DNA from: Aquabacterium sp.
Lineage (GTDB): Bacteria; Pseudomonadota; Gammaproteobacteria; Burkholderiales; Burkholderiaceae_C
Assembly (NCBI RefSeq): GCF_050725395.1
Contig: NZ_JBOHHL010000008.1
Location: 22,736-86,735 of the forward strand
DNA: 64,000 nt
Direction of reading: 5' to 3'
In this document: positions 18,814-28,125 of the stretch, piece by piece
Layout of the letters: each line of letters starts with the position of its first letter
Numbering within the stretch: the first letter of the stretch is position 1
Made by a program: the position numbers and the translations under genes
Notes under the pieces: generated by a model
Told to the model about the DNA's origin: nothing
The model's database searches: none
The model's input: only the letters and a program-made list of their open reading frames with translations

Positions 18814-19266
18814 ATGTACGCCACCCTCACAGCCTCTTCCACCAACGTCTTTGGTCCCCGCGCCTCAGGCAACATGTACCGCCAGATCGGCCTTGAAACC
18901 GGTGTGAGCGGCGCCTCGCCGCATCAATTGATCGGCATGTTGCTCAACGGTGCGCTGGAAGCCATCGCCCAGGCACGCGGTGCCATCAAGTCCAAGAACG
19001 TCGAAGCCAAGTGCAAGGCCATCAGCAAGGCCGTGAGCATCGTCGACGAAGGCCTCAAGGCCAGCCTGGACCTGAAGTCCGGTGGTGAACTGGCCGCCAA
19101 CCTGAACGACCTTTACGCCTACGTCACCCAACGCCTGACGTACGCGAACCTTCATTCGAACGACGAGACCCTGGAGGAATGCGCGAACCTCCTCGGCCCA
19201 TTGCGCGATGCCTGGGGCTCCATCAGCTCCAGCAACGTCGACCAAGCGCGCACCACCAACCTTTGA
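18814..19266 (+). CDS. fliS: Flagellar export chaperone FliS
   Basis: YRQIGLETGVSGASPHQLIGMLLNGALEAIAQAR...AISKAVSIVDEGLKASLD...LNDLYAYVTQRL aligns with the FliS family. An internal ATG at 18874 is an alternative start. Confidence 0.9.
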   Translation: MYATLTASSTNVFGPRASGNMYRQIGLETGVSGASPHQLIGMLLNGALEAIAQARGAIKSKNVEAKCKAISKAVSIVDEGLKASLDLKSGGELAANLNDLYAYVTQRLTYANLHSNDETLEECANLLGPLRDAWGSISSSNVDQARTTNL

Positions 19267-19281
19267 GAAGGGGTTCCGCCC

Positions 19282-19629
19282 ATGAATGCCCCAGAACTGA
19301 TCACCGCCACCGACGAAGACATCCAAGCAGGAAGCCTTTTGAGTTACTACGAAGCCATCGAAACCGCCAGCCACGACATGCTGGAAGCCGCCCGCTCGGG
19401 TGATTGGGACACCGTGGTCCGCCTTGAAGGTGCCTGCGCCGTGCTCATCTCCCAGCTCAAGCACGCCGCCGACCAGTACCCACTGGGTGCCACCGAGCGC
19501 GCGCTCAAGAGCCGCATCATGCAGCGCATCCTGGTCAACGATGCCGAGATCCGCCACCTGGCCGAACCCTGGATCAACGACCTGAGCAAGATGATGGGCA
19601 GCAAGTCGGATCCCTCACAAATGCATTGA
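19282..19629 (+). CDS. fliT: Flagellar protein FliT (FliD chaperone / regulator)
   Basis: 115 aa, helical. LLSYYEAIETASHDMLEAARSGDWDTVVRLEGACAVLISQL is FliT-like, and the gene sits immediately after fliS. Confidence 0.72.
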   Translation: MNAPELITATDEDIQAGSLLSYYEAIETASHDMLEAARSGDWDTVVRLEGACAVLISQLKHAADQYPLGATERALKSRIMQRILVNDAEIRHLAEPWINDLSKMMGSKSDPSQMH

Positions 19630-19644
19630 CCAAGCAAAGCGGCA

Positions 19645-20358
19645 ATGGACGACTATCGAATCACCTCGGCCATTGAAGTCGACGACTACCTCAAGCGTCT
19701 GCTCAATGCCAATGCCCTGATGACGCTGAGCGGTCCCGGCGGGACCAGCTACACCACCATGCTGTGGGCGGTCGATTCGACGCGCGGCATCGTGTGCTTC
19801 AGCGCCGAGACCGGTGACACCCGCCTGCAAGCCCTCCTCGAAACCGAGGAAGTGGTGGCGGTGGGGTACCTGGACAGCATCAAGCTCCAGTTCGACCTGG
19901 ATGGCGTGGTGCAGGTGCACGGCAATGGCACGGTTGCCCTCAATGCACAGTACCCGCGCACCCTGTACCGCTTTCAGCGGCGCTCCAGCTTCCGGGTCAA
20001 GCCGCTGGTCAGCAGCACGCCGGTGGCCCACATGCGCCACCCCGCCCTGCCCGACATGCAACTCGATTTGCGCGTGCTCGACATCAGCCTGGGCGGCGTG
20101 GCGCTGTTTTTGCCGCACAACGTGCCCATGGTCTCGCCCGGCGTCAAGATCGGCCAGTGCTTCCTCGACCTGGACTCGGACACCCGGCTGGAGATCGGCC
20201 TGGTCATCCACCACGTCAGTGTCATCAACCCGGAATCCCAAGGCGCCCGCCTGGGTTGCGAGTTGATCAACATGAACAACGCCACCGAGCGCGCGCTGCA
20301 GCAGTACGTCAACCAGACCGAGAAAAGGCGCTTGGCCCTGGCCATGAGCCAGGACTGA
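19645..20358 (+). CDS. ycgR: Flagellar brake protein YcgR (PilZN + PilZ, c-di-GMP receptor)
   Basis: PilZ signature RRSSFRV...(~30 aa)...DISLGGVALFL. N-terminal YcgR-type domain. Flagellar context. Confidence 0.85.
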   Translation: MDDYRITSAIEVDDYLKRLLNANALMTLSGPGGTSYTTMLWAVDSTRGIVCFSAETGDTRLQALLETEEVVAVGYLDSIKLQFDLDGVVQVHGNGTVALNAQYPRTLYRFQRRSSFRVKPLVSSTPVAHMRHPALPDMQLDLRVLDISLGGVALFLPHNVPMVSPGVKIGQCFLDLDSDTRLEIGLVIHHVSVINPESQGARLGCELINMNNATERALQQYVNQTEKRRLALAMSQD

Positions 20359-20405
20359 TCGACCCAGGCAGGCCGTCGGCGCTCCGGCGCTGATAGCATC
20401 GCCGG

Positions 20406-21371
20406 ATGACTGCCTCCGACACTTCCCCTTCGGCTTGGGTGATCGCCACCCGCGAAAGCCGCCTGGCCCTTTGGCAGGCCGAACACGTTCGCGACCTGCT
20501 CCAAAGCCGTTTCCAACGCACCGTTTCCCTGCTGGGCATGACGACCCGTGGTGACCAGATCCTGGACCGCTCCCTGTCCAAGGTGGGCGGCAAGGGCCTG
20601 TTCGTCAAGGAACTGGAAGTGGCCCTGGAAGAAGGCCGTGCCGACCTGGCCGTGCACTCCCTGAAAGACGTGCCCATGGAGCTGCCCGAGGGCTACGTGC
20701 TGGCTTGCGTGCTGGAACGCGAAGATCCGCGCGATGCCTTGGTCTCCAACGACTTCGCCGGCCTGGACGCCTTGCCCCAGGGCGCCGTGGTGGGCACCTC
20801 CAGCCTGCGCCGCCTGACGCAATTGCGCGCCCTGCGGCCCGACCTGAAGATAGAACCCCTGCGCGGCAACCTCGACACCCGCCTGCGCAAGCTGGACGAA
20901 GGCCACTATGCCGCCATCATCCTGGCCGCCGCCGGGCTCAAGCGCCTGGGCTTGGCCAAACGCATCCGCCAGGTCATCGAGCCCGAGGTGATGCTGCCCG
21001 CCGCCGGCCAGGGCGCGCTGGGCATCGAAGTGCGGCTGGACCACCCGGACCTGCTCTCCCCGCTGGCCACCCTGGCCCACACGCCCACCTGGCTGGCCAC
21101 GCTGGCCGAACGCGCTGTTTCCCGCGCCCTGGGCGGCAGTTGCTCCATGCCCTTGGCCGCCTACGCGCAATGGACGCCCTCGGAGGCGGCCGCCCCCGGC
21201 ACCATGGCCTTGCGTGCCTTGCTGGGCCATCCCCACCAGAACAGCCAGGTGCGGGCCCAGGTGTCGGGGTCACCGACCACGCCGGCCGACGCCGAAGCCC
21301 TGGGCCAGGAGGTGGCCAGGCAGCTCAAGGCCCAAGCCGGCCCCGATTGGCTGGCCGCGCTGGTGGCCTGA
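20406..21371 (+). CDS. hemC: Hydroxymethylbilane synthase (porphobilinogen deaminase)
   Basis: [48 protein letters not shown]. Confidence 0.95.
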   Translation: MTASDTSPSAWVIATRESRLALWQAEHVRDLLQSRFQRTVSLLGMTTRGDQILDRSLSKVGGKGLFVKELEVALEEGRADLAVHSLKDVPMELPEGYVLACVLEREDPRDALVSNDFAGLDALPQGAVVGTSSLRRLTQLRALRPDLKIEPLRGNLDTRLRKLDEGHYAAIILAAAGLKRLGLAKRIRQVIEPEVMLPAAGQGALGIEVRLDHPDLLSPLATLAHTPTWLATLAERAVSRALGGSCSMPLAAYAQWTPSEAAAPGTMALRALLGHPHQNSQVRAQVSGSPTTPADAEALGQEVARQLKAQAGPDWLAALVA

Positions 21372-21378
21372 GCGGCGC

Positions 21379-22197
21379 ATGCGCCTGCTGGTCACCCGTC
21401 CGGAACCCCAGGCCAGCGCCTGGGTGGGTCAATTGCGCGCGCAGGGTGTGGACGCCCACGCCCTGCCGCTGATCGCCATCCGGGGCCCCGCCGACCCGGC
21501 ACCCGTGCAGGCCTTGTGGCACCAACTGCAACAGGCGCGCTTGCTGATGTTCGTGAGCCCCAGCGCCGTGGAATGGTTTTTCCGCCTTCGGCCCGAAGAC
21601 GCCCTGTGGCCCGAAGGCACGCTCGCCGCCGCCCCCGGCCCCGGCACGGCCCGTGCACTGGCGAAAACCGCCCAGGACGCAGGCTTGACGCTGCCCCCCG
21701 TCATCTGCCCTGACGAGGACGCTGCCCAGTTCGACTCCGAAACCCTGTGGCCCTTGTTGGAAGCACTGGATTGGGCAGGCCAGTCGGTCTGGACGATCAG
21801 CGGCGGGGACCGCCAGGATGCCAAAGGCCGCGCCTGGCTTGGCGGGCAATTGCGCGCGCGCGGCGCCACGGTCGCGCCCTTGCTCACCTACCAGCGCAGC
21901 CCGGCCACCTGGGGGCCCGGCGAACAGGCCCTGGCCCTGGCCGCGATCCAGCAGCCGCCGCAGCACCGCTGGCTGTTCAGCAGTTCCGAAGCCATCGAAC
22001 ACCTCATGGATACCCTGGCCCCCGGTCAATCCTGGCAGGCCGCCACGGCCTTGGCCACGCACCCCCGCATCGCCGAGCGGGCCCGCCTGGCCGGTTTTGG
22101 GCAAGTCATCGACACGCGCCCCACGCCCGAGGCAGTGGCGGCCACACTACGCGCGGAATCCGCCCCCGCCCGCGTCGATACAATGAATCCATCGTGA
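21379..22197 (+). CDS. hemD: Uroporphyrinogen-III synthase
   Basis: Start at ATG 21379 (MRLLVTRPEPQA...). The 272-aa length and position between hemC and hemX fit. The longer computed ORF from 21214 overlaps hemC. Confidence 0.85.
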   Translation: MRLLVTRPEPQASAWVGQLRAQGVDAHALPLIAIRGPADPAPVQALWHQLQQARLLMFVSPSAVEWFFRLRPEDALWPEGTLAAAPGPGTARALAKTAQDAGLTLPPVICPDEDAAQFDSETLWPLLEALDWAGQSVWTISGGDRQDAKGRAWLGGQLRARGATVAPLLTYQRSPATWGPGEQALALAAIQQPPQHRWLFSSSEAIEHLMDTLAPGQSWQAATALATHPRIAERARLAGFGQVIDTRPTPEAVAATLRAESAPARVDTMNPS

Positions 22198-23324
22198 GCG
22201 AAACCAACGCCGTCCTCCCCCCCGAACCCGACTACCAGCCCGTGCCCACCTCGGACTGGGTGCGCTGGGCCGTGCTGGTCCTCAGCGCCGTTTGCGTGGG
22301 TGGCGCCTGGCTGGCCTGGACCACCCAGAAAAAGGTCGATGCGCTGGAGCAAGAACTGGTGCGCCGCCAGCAAGACAGCCAGGTCCAATCCGCCGAAGCA
22401 CGCGTGCTGGCCAAGCAGGCCCAGGATGTGTCTCGCGAGGCCGCCGCGCGAACCGCCTTGCTCGAAGGCCGCCTGGCCGAAGTCACCTTGCAACGCAGTC
22501 AGGTCGAAGACCTCATCAAGTCGATGTCCCTTTCGCGCGACGAAAACCTGGTGGTGGACGTCGAGGCCGCCTTGCGCGTGGCAGTGCAGCAGTCGGCCCT
22601 GACCGGCAGCGCCGAGCCTCTCATCGCCGCCATGAAATCTGCCGAAGACCGCATCAGCCGCGCACGCCAGCCGCGCCTGGACGGCGTGCGCCGCGCCCTC
22701 GCCAAGGACCTCGACCGGATCCGGTCGACGCGGGTCGCCGACCTGGCATCGCTCACCATCCGCCTCGACGAGGCCATCCGCCTGGTCGATGAGCTGCCGC
22801 TGATCAGCCAGCCCGTGGACGAGGCGGGCCGCGCACTGGCGCGCCCAGCGCCGCCCGCCCCCAAAGGCAAGGCCGCACAACGCGCCAGGCAGGCCGCCAG
22901 CGCCCCGTCCAGCGCAGAAGCCCCGGCATCACCCGAAACGCCCCTGGGCGACCAGTTGATCCAATGGGGGCAGCTCACCGCCCGCAACGCCTGGCAGGAA
23001 GCGCAGGCCCTGGTCCGCATCACCCGGATCCGCCAGCCCGAAGCCATCCTGATCACGCCCGAGCAGTCTTTCTTCCTGCGCGAGAACCTCAAACTGCGCT
23101 TGCTGAACGCCCGGCTGGCGCTGCTCAGCCGGCAATCGGCCTCGGCCGTGGCCGATGTGAACGTGGCCCAGGCCGCCCTGGGCAAGTACTTCGACACCCA
23201 ATCGCGCAAAACCCAACTGCTGCAAAGCCTGCTGGCCGACGTGGCCACGCAGAGCCCCCAATCCCTGGTGCCGCGTCCGGACGACACGCTGGCCACCCTG
23301 GCGGCCATCGCTGGCGGGCGCTGA
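22194..23324 (+). CDS. hemX: HemX-like membrane protein (uroporphyrinogen-III C-methyltransferase-annotated family)
   Basis: Probable GTG start at 22194 overlapping the hemD stop (GTGA). Single TM (WAVLVLSAVCVGGAWLAW) followed by a long coiled coil. Position in the hemCDXY operon fits. Confidence 0.72.
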   Translation: MSETNAVLPPEPDYQPVPTSDWVRWAVLVLSAVCVGGAWLAWTTQKKVDALEQELVRRQQDSQVQSAEARVLAKQAQDVSREAAARTALLEGRLAEVTLQRSQVEDLIKSMSLSRDENLVVDVEAALRVAVQQSALTGSAEPLIAAMKSAEDRISRARQPRLDGVRRALAKDLDRIRSTRVADLASLTIRLDEAIRLVDELPLISQPVDEAGRALARPAPPAPKGKAAQRARQAASAPSSAEAPASPETPLGDQLIQWGQLTARNAWQEAQALVRITRIRQPEAILITPEQSFFLRENLKLRLLNARLALLSRQSASAVADVNVAQAALGKYFDTQSRKTQLLQSLLADVATQSPQSLVPRPDDTLATLAAIAGGR

Positions 23325-23330
23325 GCAGGC

Positions 23331-24584
23331 ATGCGCACCATCGTCTGGCTCCTGTTGCTGGCGGTCGTGGCCGTCGTGGCCGCTTCCGGCCTGGGTGGCA
23401 ACGATGGCCTGGTCAGCATCTACTGGCTGGGCTGGCGCACCGACCTGTCGTTCAACCTCTTCGTGATCGGCATGGTGTTGCTGTTCCTGGCCATCTATTC
23501 CACGATCCGCGGCCTGGACTCCTTGATCGGACTGCCCGAGCGCGCCAAGCGCTGGCGCCTGATGCAACGCGACCGCGCCGCCCAAACCGCCCTGCGCGAA
23601 GCCTTGGCCCTGTACCTCGCGGCCCGTTACACGCGCGCCCACCGGGAAGCCCAGCGCGCCATCGCCATTCAGGCCGACACCCCAGACCTGGCCTTGGACG
23701 CCGAGTTCACCGCCCTGGCCCACCTGCTGTCCGCGGGCAGCCTGCACCGCCTGCAGGATCGAAAACACCGTGACGAACACCTTCAGCGCGCCCTTGACCT
23801 GTCCCTGTTGACGCGCCGCCCGCGCGCCACCGAAGAGGGCGCCCGCCTGCTGGCCGCCGAGTGCGCCATCGACGACCGCGATGCCTCGCGCGCCCTGCGC
23901 GACCTGGCCGACATGCCGCCCGGCGTGGCCCGCCGCACCCAGGCTCTGCGCTTGAAACTGCAGGCCGCCCGATTGGCGCGCCAGCCCCTGGAAGCCCTCA
24001 AGACCGCACGGCTCCTGGCGAAGCACCAGGGCTTCACCGAAGGCGCAGCCGAAGGCCTGCTGCGCATCCTGGCCACCGAAACGCTCGAAACCGCCCGCGA
24101 TGCCGAGCAACTGCGCAAGATCTGGCAGCAACTGGACCCGGTCGACCGCCGCGATCCCATCGTGGTGGCACGTGGCGCCACCCGCATGGCCGAACTGGGC
24201 GCCCCGACCGAAGCTCGCCAATGGCTGGCCCCTCTGTGGGACCAGATCAGCCGGCAGACACCGGAAGCCACCGATGCCCTGGCCCGGGCCCTGTCGAACA
24301 GCCTGTTGGGCCTGGAAGCCGAATGGCTGCCTCGCCTCGATGCCGCCACGCCCACCGCCCTGCGCAGCGCGGGCCTGGCGCTGGCCGTGGGCCTGGCCTT
24401 GGCCGAACGACAACTCTGGGGCAAGGCCCGCAGCCTGCTGCTGTCGGCGGCCAACGACCTGCAGCTCGACAGTCACCGCCGCCGCCTGGCCTGGACCCGA
24501 CTGGCCCAGTTGGCCGAGCAGGAGCACCGTGCCGACGAGGCCGCGCGCTTCTACCGGTTGGCCGCCCTGGCCGACGCCTCATGA
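23331..24584 (+). CDS. hemY: HemY-like TPR membrane protein
   Basis: Two N-terminal TM segments (IVWLLLLAVVAVVAA; FNLFVIGMVLLFLAIY), then a helical-repeat region. It is the last gene of the hem operon. Confidence 0.8.
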   Translation: MRTIVWLLLLAVVAVVAASGLGGNDGLVSIYWLGWRTDLSFNLFVIGMVLLFLAIYSTIRGLDSLIGLPERAKRWRLMQRDRAAQTALREALALYLAARYTRAHREAQRAIAIQADTPDLALDAEFTALAHLLSAGSLHRLQDRKHRDEHLQRALDLSLLTRRPRATEEGARLLAAECAIDDRDASRALRDLADMPPGVARRTQALRLKLQAARLARQPLEALKTARLLAKHQGFTEGAAEGLLRILATETLETARDAEQLRKIWQQLDPVDRRDPIVVARGATRMAELGAPTEARQWLAPLWDQISRQTPEATDALARALSNSLLGLEAEWLPRLDAATPTALRSAGLALAVGLALAERQLWGKARSLLLSAANDLQLDSHRRRLAWTRLAQLAEQEHRADEAARFYRLAALADAS

Positions 24585-24617
24585 ACGAGAAATTCATGGC
24601 AAATATTTTGGCCTTTC

Positions 24618-24647
24618 TTGACAGCTCATCCAAATTGATGCTACATT
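24618..24647 (+). promoter_or_regulatory. Sigma-70-type promoter for tRNA-Arg
   Basis: TTGACA (24618-24623), an 18-nt spacer, then TACATT (24642-24647). The tRNA 5' end lies 11 nt downstream. Confidence 0.55.
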
Positions 24648-24657
24648 AATGGTCTTG

Positions 24658-24734
24658 GCGGCTGTAGCTCAGTTGGATAGAGTACTTGGCTACGAACCAA
24701 GGGGTCGTGGGTTCGAATCCTGCCAGCCGCACCA
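24658..24734 (+). tRNA. tRNA-Arg (anticodon ACG)
   Basis: Acceptor stem GCGGCTG/CAGCCGC. D-arm TAGCTCAGTTGGATAGAGTA. Anticodon loop CT-ACG-AA. T-arm GTGGGTTCGAATCC. Encoded CCA. Confidence 0.95.
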
Positions 24735-24744
24735 GAAATGACGA

Positions 24745-24780
24745 GGGTCAGCAAGTGAAAACTTGCTGACCCTTTAGTCT
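24745..24780 (+). terminator. Rho-independent terminator after tRNA-Arg
   Basis: GGGTCAGCAAGT-GAAA-ACTTGCTGACCC (12-bp stem) followed by TTTAGTCTTT. Confidence 0.75.
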
Positions 24781-24837
24781 TTCTGGGCCTCGAATTCAAG
24801 TGGCGCACCGCTCTGCCGATAACGACGCATCGAGTCA

Positions 24838-26574
24838 TTGCACACGGCGCCCATGAGGTCAAAACCATTTCCGCTTCTGAGTTTCAGAACGCACATCGCG
24901 ATTGTTTTCGGTGCGCTGGTCATCGTCGTGGCCGCTGCCCTCACCTTCGCCCTGGGCCAGATGCTGACGACCCAGATCCAGCGCGACACCGGGGGCGCCC
25001 TGAGCGTGATCGCCAAGAATGCCTCCCAGATGTTGGCGGACGGCCTTTTTGACCGCAGCCGCGAGGTTCAGGTCCTGACCGAATCCGCCGCCATCTGGAG
25101 CGAAGGCCTGGACGGCCCCGAAGTGGCGCAGACCCTGGCGCGCAGCCAGGCGATGCGGCCCAACAGCCTCTGGATCGGCGTGGCCGACACCGAAGGGGTG
25201 GTCAAGTCGGCCACCGGCGGGCTGCTGCTGGGCAAGAACGTCAAGGAACGGCCCTGGTTCGCCGCGGGCATCCAACGCAATTTCGTGGGCGATGTCCACG
25301 CCGCCAAACTGCTGGCGTCTCTGCTACCGCGCTCTGCCACCGGCGAGCCCTTGCGCTTCGTGGACTTCGCTGCCCCGATCAAGGTCGGCGGCAAGGTGGT
25401 GGGCGTGCTGGGCGTCCACGGCAGCTGGGATTGGGCACGTGACGTGGTGGAGTCGCTCTACCCCGCCAACGCCAAGGCCCGCGAACTGTCGGCCTTCATC
25501 TTCGACCGTTCTGGCGCCGTCATCTATGCACCACAAGGCAAAACCGCCGACTACGCGGAGGCTGGCATGCGCCTGCCCGTGAGCCTGCCCATCGCGCCCA
25601 GCCAAGATGGCGGGGAGCACCCGGCCTCGGTGATCAAGTGGCAGGACGGCAAGGAATACCTGACCGCCATCGTCCGCGTGAAGGCGCGCAGCGTGGCCAG
25701 CGACATGGGCTGGTACGTGGTGGTGCGCGAGCCCGTCGAGATCGCCTTCGCCGACAGCCACGACGCCATGCTGCGCAGCCTCATCGTCGGACTCGCGATC
25801 GCCTTCGTGGCCGGCGTGATGGCCTGGATGGCCGCTGGCCGCCTCAGTGACCACCTGACCACCATGGCCAAGTCGGCCCGCGACGTGGAGATGGGCCTGC
25901 CCGGCGCCTCCATCGCCTTGCTGGACAGCAGCGCCGAAGTGCACGCGCTGTCGACCGCGCTCAACAGCATGACGCGCCGGCTGATCACGCTGAACGAGCA
26001 GATGGAAGACAAGGTCAAGCTGCGAACGCAGGAACTGGAAGCGGCCAACCGCGAACTCGACCGCCAATCCCGCAGCGACCACCTGACTGGCGTGCTGAAC
26101 CGCCGGGGTTTCGAAGCCCAGCTCAAGATCGCCTTGTCTTCGGCCCGGCGCCGCAACAGCCCATTGAGCGTCGTCATGGTGGACCTGGACCACTTCAAGC
26201 AGGTCAACGACACGCACGGACACGACGTGGGCGACCAGGTCATCCGCCACTTGTCGGACACCATGCGCCAGCGCGTGCGGGACTCCGACATCGTGGCCCG
26301 CCTGGGTGGCGAGGAGTTCATCGTGATGTTGCCCGACACCGATGCCAAGGGCGCTCAGATCCTGGCCGAGGAACTGGTCAAGGTCGTGGCCTCGCGGCAC
26401 ACGCCCATCGCCGGCCAGGTGACCATCAGCGCGGGCGTCTCGCAACTGGACATCAAGCAGGAAGACCTGGCCGAGATGCTCAAAGGCGCCGACGAGGCCC
26501 TCTACGTGGCCAAGCGTTCGGGCCGCAACCAGGCCGTGCTGCACGACGCCAATGCGCTGGCATCCATGGCCTGA
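24838..26574 (+). CDS. Membrane sensor diguanylate cyclase (periplasmic Cache-like domain, HAMP, GGDEF)
   Basis: Two TM segments flank a ~270-aa periplasmic domain. C-terminal GGDEF domain with active site RLGGEEFIVMLPD and an RxxD I-site (RDSD) 5 residues upstream. ATG 24853 is an alternative start. Confidence 0.9.
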   Translation: MHTAPMRSKPFPLLSFRTHIAIVFGALVIVVAAALTFALGQMLTTQIQRDTGGALSVIAKNASQMLADGLFDRSREVQVLTESAAIWSEGLDGPEVAQTLARSQAMRPNSLWIGVADTEGVVKSATGGLLLGKNVKERPWFAAGIQRNFVGDVHAAKLLASLLPRSATGEPLRFVDFAAPIKVGGKVVGVLGVHGSWDWARDVVESLYPANAKARELSAFIFDRSGAVIYAPQGKTADYAEAGMRLPVSLPIAPSQDGGEHPASVIKWQDGKEYLTAIVRVKARSVASDMGWYVVVREPVEIAFADSHDAMLRSLIVGLAIAFVAGVMAWMAAGRLSDHLTTMAKSARDVEMGLPGASIALLDSSAEVHALSTALNSMTRRLITLNEQMEDKVKLRTQELEAANRELDRQSRSDHLTGVLNRRGFEAQLKIALSSARRRNSPLSVVMVDLDHFKQVNDTHGHDVGDQVIRHLSDTMRQRVRDSDIVARLGGEEFIVMLPDTDAKGAQILAEELVKVVASRHTPIAGQVTISAGVSQLDIKQEDLAEMLKGADEALYVAKRSGRNQAVLHDANALASMA

Positions 26575-26586
26575 CCTGCTGGGCCA

Positions 26587-27090
26587 TCAATTGCCGAGGT
26601 AGTCGCGCTTGCCGATCTCCACGCCGCCATGGCGCAGGAGGTTGTAGGCGGTCGTCACGTGGAAGAAGAAGTTGGGCAGCACCTGCTCGGTCAGGTAGGC
26701 CTGGCCTTTGTACTTGACGGTGCCGCTGCTGCGCGTGATCTCGATGTCCTTGTCTTCGCTGCCATCCACCTGCTCGGGCTTGAAGGTCGACAGGTAGTCC
26801 ACCGTCTTGGCGATGCGCGCCTGCAGTTCGGCGAAGCTGGCTTCGTTGTCTTCGAAGCGCGGGATCTCGGCACCAGCCAGGCGCGAAACGCCACCCTTGA
26901 TCATGTCGCCGGCGATCTGTACCTGGCGGCTCAGGGGAAACATGTCCGGGAAGATGCGCGAATTCAGCAGCGCGGTTTCGTCGATCTTGCGGGCTTCGCA
27001 ATGCGCGGCGGCCTTGCCCAGGATGGCCGACAGGTTGTTCAGGAGGCGGATGGCCACGGGCACGCTGGCCGAGTACATGGAGATGGACAT
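26587..27090 (-). CDS. DUF1993 family protein
   Basis: MSISMYSASVPVAIRLLNNLSAILGKA...LPNFFFHVTTAYNLLRHGGVEIGKRDYLG is characteristic of DUF1993. Confidence 0.85.
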   Translation of the reverse strand: MSISMYSASVPVAIRLLNNLSAILGKAAAHCEARKIDETALLNSRIFPDMFPLSRQVQIAGDMIKGGVSRLAGAEIPRFEDNEASFAELQARIAKTVDYLSTFKPEQVDGSEDKDIEITRSSGTVKYKGQAYLTEQVLPNFFFHVTTAYNLLRHGGVEIGKRDYLGN

Positions 27091-27136
27091 GTTGTGCTTT
27101 CAAGGGGGTGGGGAAGAAGCGCATTACACCTCAGCT

Positions 27137-27164
27137 CTTGAAATCCTGCAGGCGGCCTCTATCT
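27137..27164 (+). promoter_or_regulatory. Sigma-32 (RpoH)-like heat-shock promoter upstream of hsp20
   Basis: CTTGAAA-N13-CTCTATCT, compared with the consensus CTTGAAA-N13-15-CCCCATNT. It sits 50 nt upstream of the hsp20 ATG. Confidence 0.5.
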
Positions 27165-27214
27165 CCTGCAACGGACGCGCACCGCGTCACCTCATTTGCC
27201 AACAGGAGATAGCC

Positions 27215-27676
27215 ATGTACCCATCACTGCAAAGCTTCCCGAGCGGCGTCTTCGGCGACTTCGAGCGCCTGCGCCGTGAACTGGACGATGTCTTCGGCCT
27301 GGGCACCGCGCCGACCAGCATACGGTCAGCCGGCCCGGGCGCGTTTCCCGCCATCAACGTGGGCCACACCCCCGCCAGCGTCGAGGTCTATGCATTTGCA
27401 CCTGGCATCGACCCCGACAAGGTGGAAGTGACGCTGGACCGCGGCGTGCTGATCCTGTCGGGCGAACGCCCGTCCTCCTTGCCCGAGGGCAGCGACCAGC
27501 AACCCGTCGTCAGCGTCTACAGCCGCGAGCGCCTGAGCGGCCGCTTCAAGCGCGCCATCAGTCTGCCGGACGACGTCGACCCCGAGCGGGTCACGGCCAC
27601 CTACCGTGACGGCGTGCTGCACATCAGCGTCGGCCGACGCGAAGCCGCCCAACCCAAGCGCATCACCATCCAGTGA
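27215..27676 (+). CDS. Small heat-shock protein (Hsp20/alpha-crystallin family)
   Basis: Start at ATG 27215 with RBS AGGAGA. Alpha-crystallin domain ...EVYAFAPGIDPDKVEVTLDRGVLILSGER...TATYRDGVLHISV. Confidence 0.9.
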   Translation: MYPSLQSFPSGVFGDFERLRRELDDVFGLGTAPTSIRSAGPGAFPAINVGHTPASVEVYAFAPGIDPDKVEVTLDRGVLILSGERPSSLPEGSDQQPVVSVYSRERLSGRFKRAISLPDDVDPERVTATYRDGVLHISVGRREAAQPKRITIQ

Positions 27677-27696
27677 AAACCACAGGAGACCCCACC

Positions 27697-28068
27697 ATGA
27701 GCACCGAAGTCACCAAACCATCCTCCGATCAAGCCACCCGCGCCATGGTGCCCCGCGTGGACGTGCTGGAAGACCAGACCGGCATCACGCTCCTGGCCGA
27801 CTTGCCGGGCGTGGCCAAGGATCAGCTCGAGTTGAAGGTGGACGGCGACACCCTGCTGATCGAAGGCAGGGTGGGCGGCCTGGCAACCGAAGGGCTGGAG
27901 CCCACCTATGCCGAAGTCCGGCTGCCGCTGTACCGCCGCTCCTTCACCCTCAGCCGCGAGCTGGATTCGACGCGCATCGAGGCCAACCTGAAGCACGGCG
28001 TGCTGAACCTGCGCATTCCCAAGCAGGCGCACGCGCAACCACGGCGCATCCCGGTCCAGGTCAACTGA
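27697..28068 (+). CDS. Small heat-shock protein (Hsp20/alpha-crystallin family), second copy
   Basis: Start at ATG 27697 (MSTEV...) with RBS AGGAGA. VDVLEDQTGITLLADLPGVAKDQLELKVDGDTLLIEG...ANLKHGVLNLRIPK. Confidence 0.9.
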   Translation: MSTEVTKPSSDQATRAMVPRVDVLEDQTGITLLADLPGVAKDQLELKVDGDTLLIEGRVGGLATEGLEPTYAEVRLPLYRRSFTLSRELDSTRIEANLKHGVLNLRIPKQAHAQPRRIPVQVN

Positions 28069-28125
28069 TCGCCGGGAGTGGGACAATGGCGGGGTTTCCT
28101 CCAACCTCGCCAGAAAGTCAGCACG

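Noticed and set aside
24658-24734. tRNA-Arg as the anchor of a genomic island covering the downstream accessory-looking genes.
   Set aside because: There is no integrase or other mobility gene, no repeat of the tRNA 3' end downstream that I could find, and no GC shift after the tRNA.
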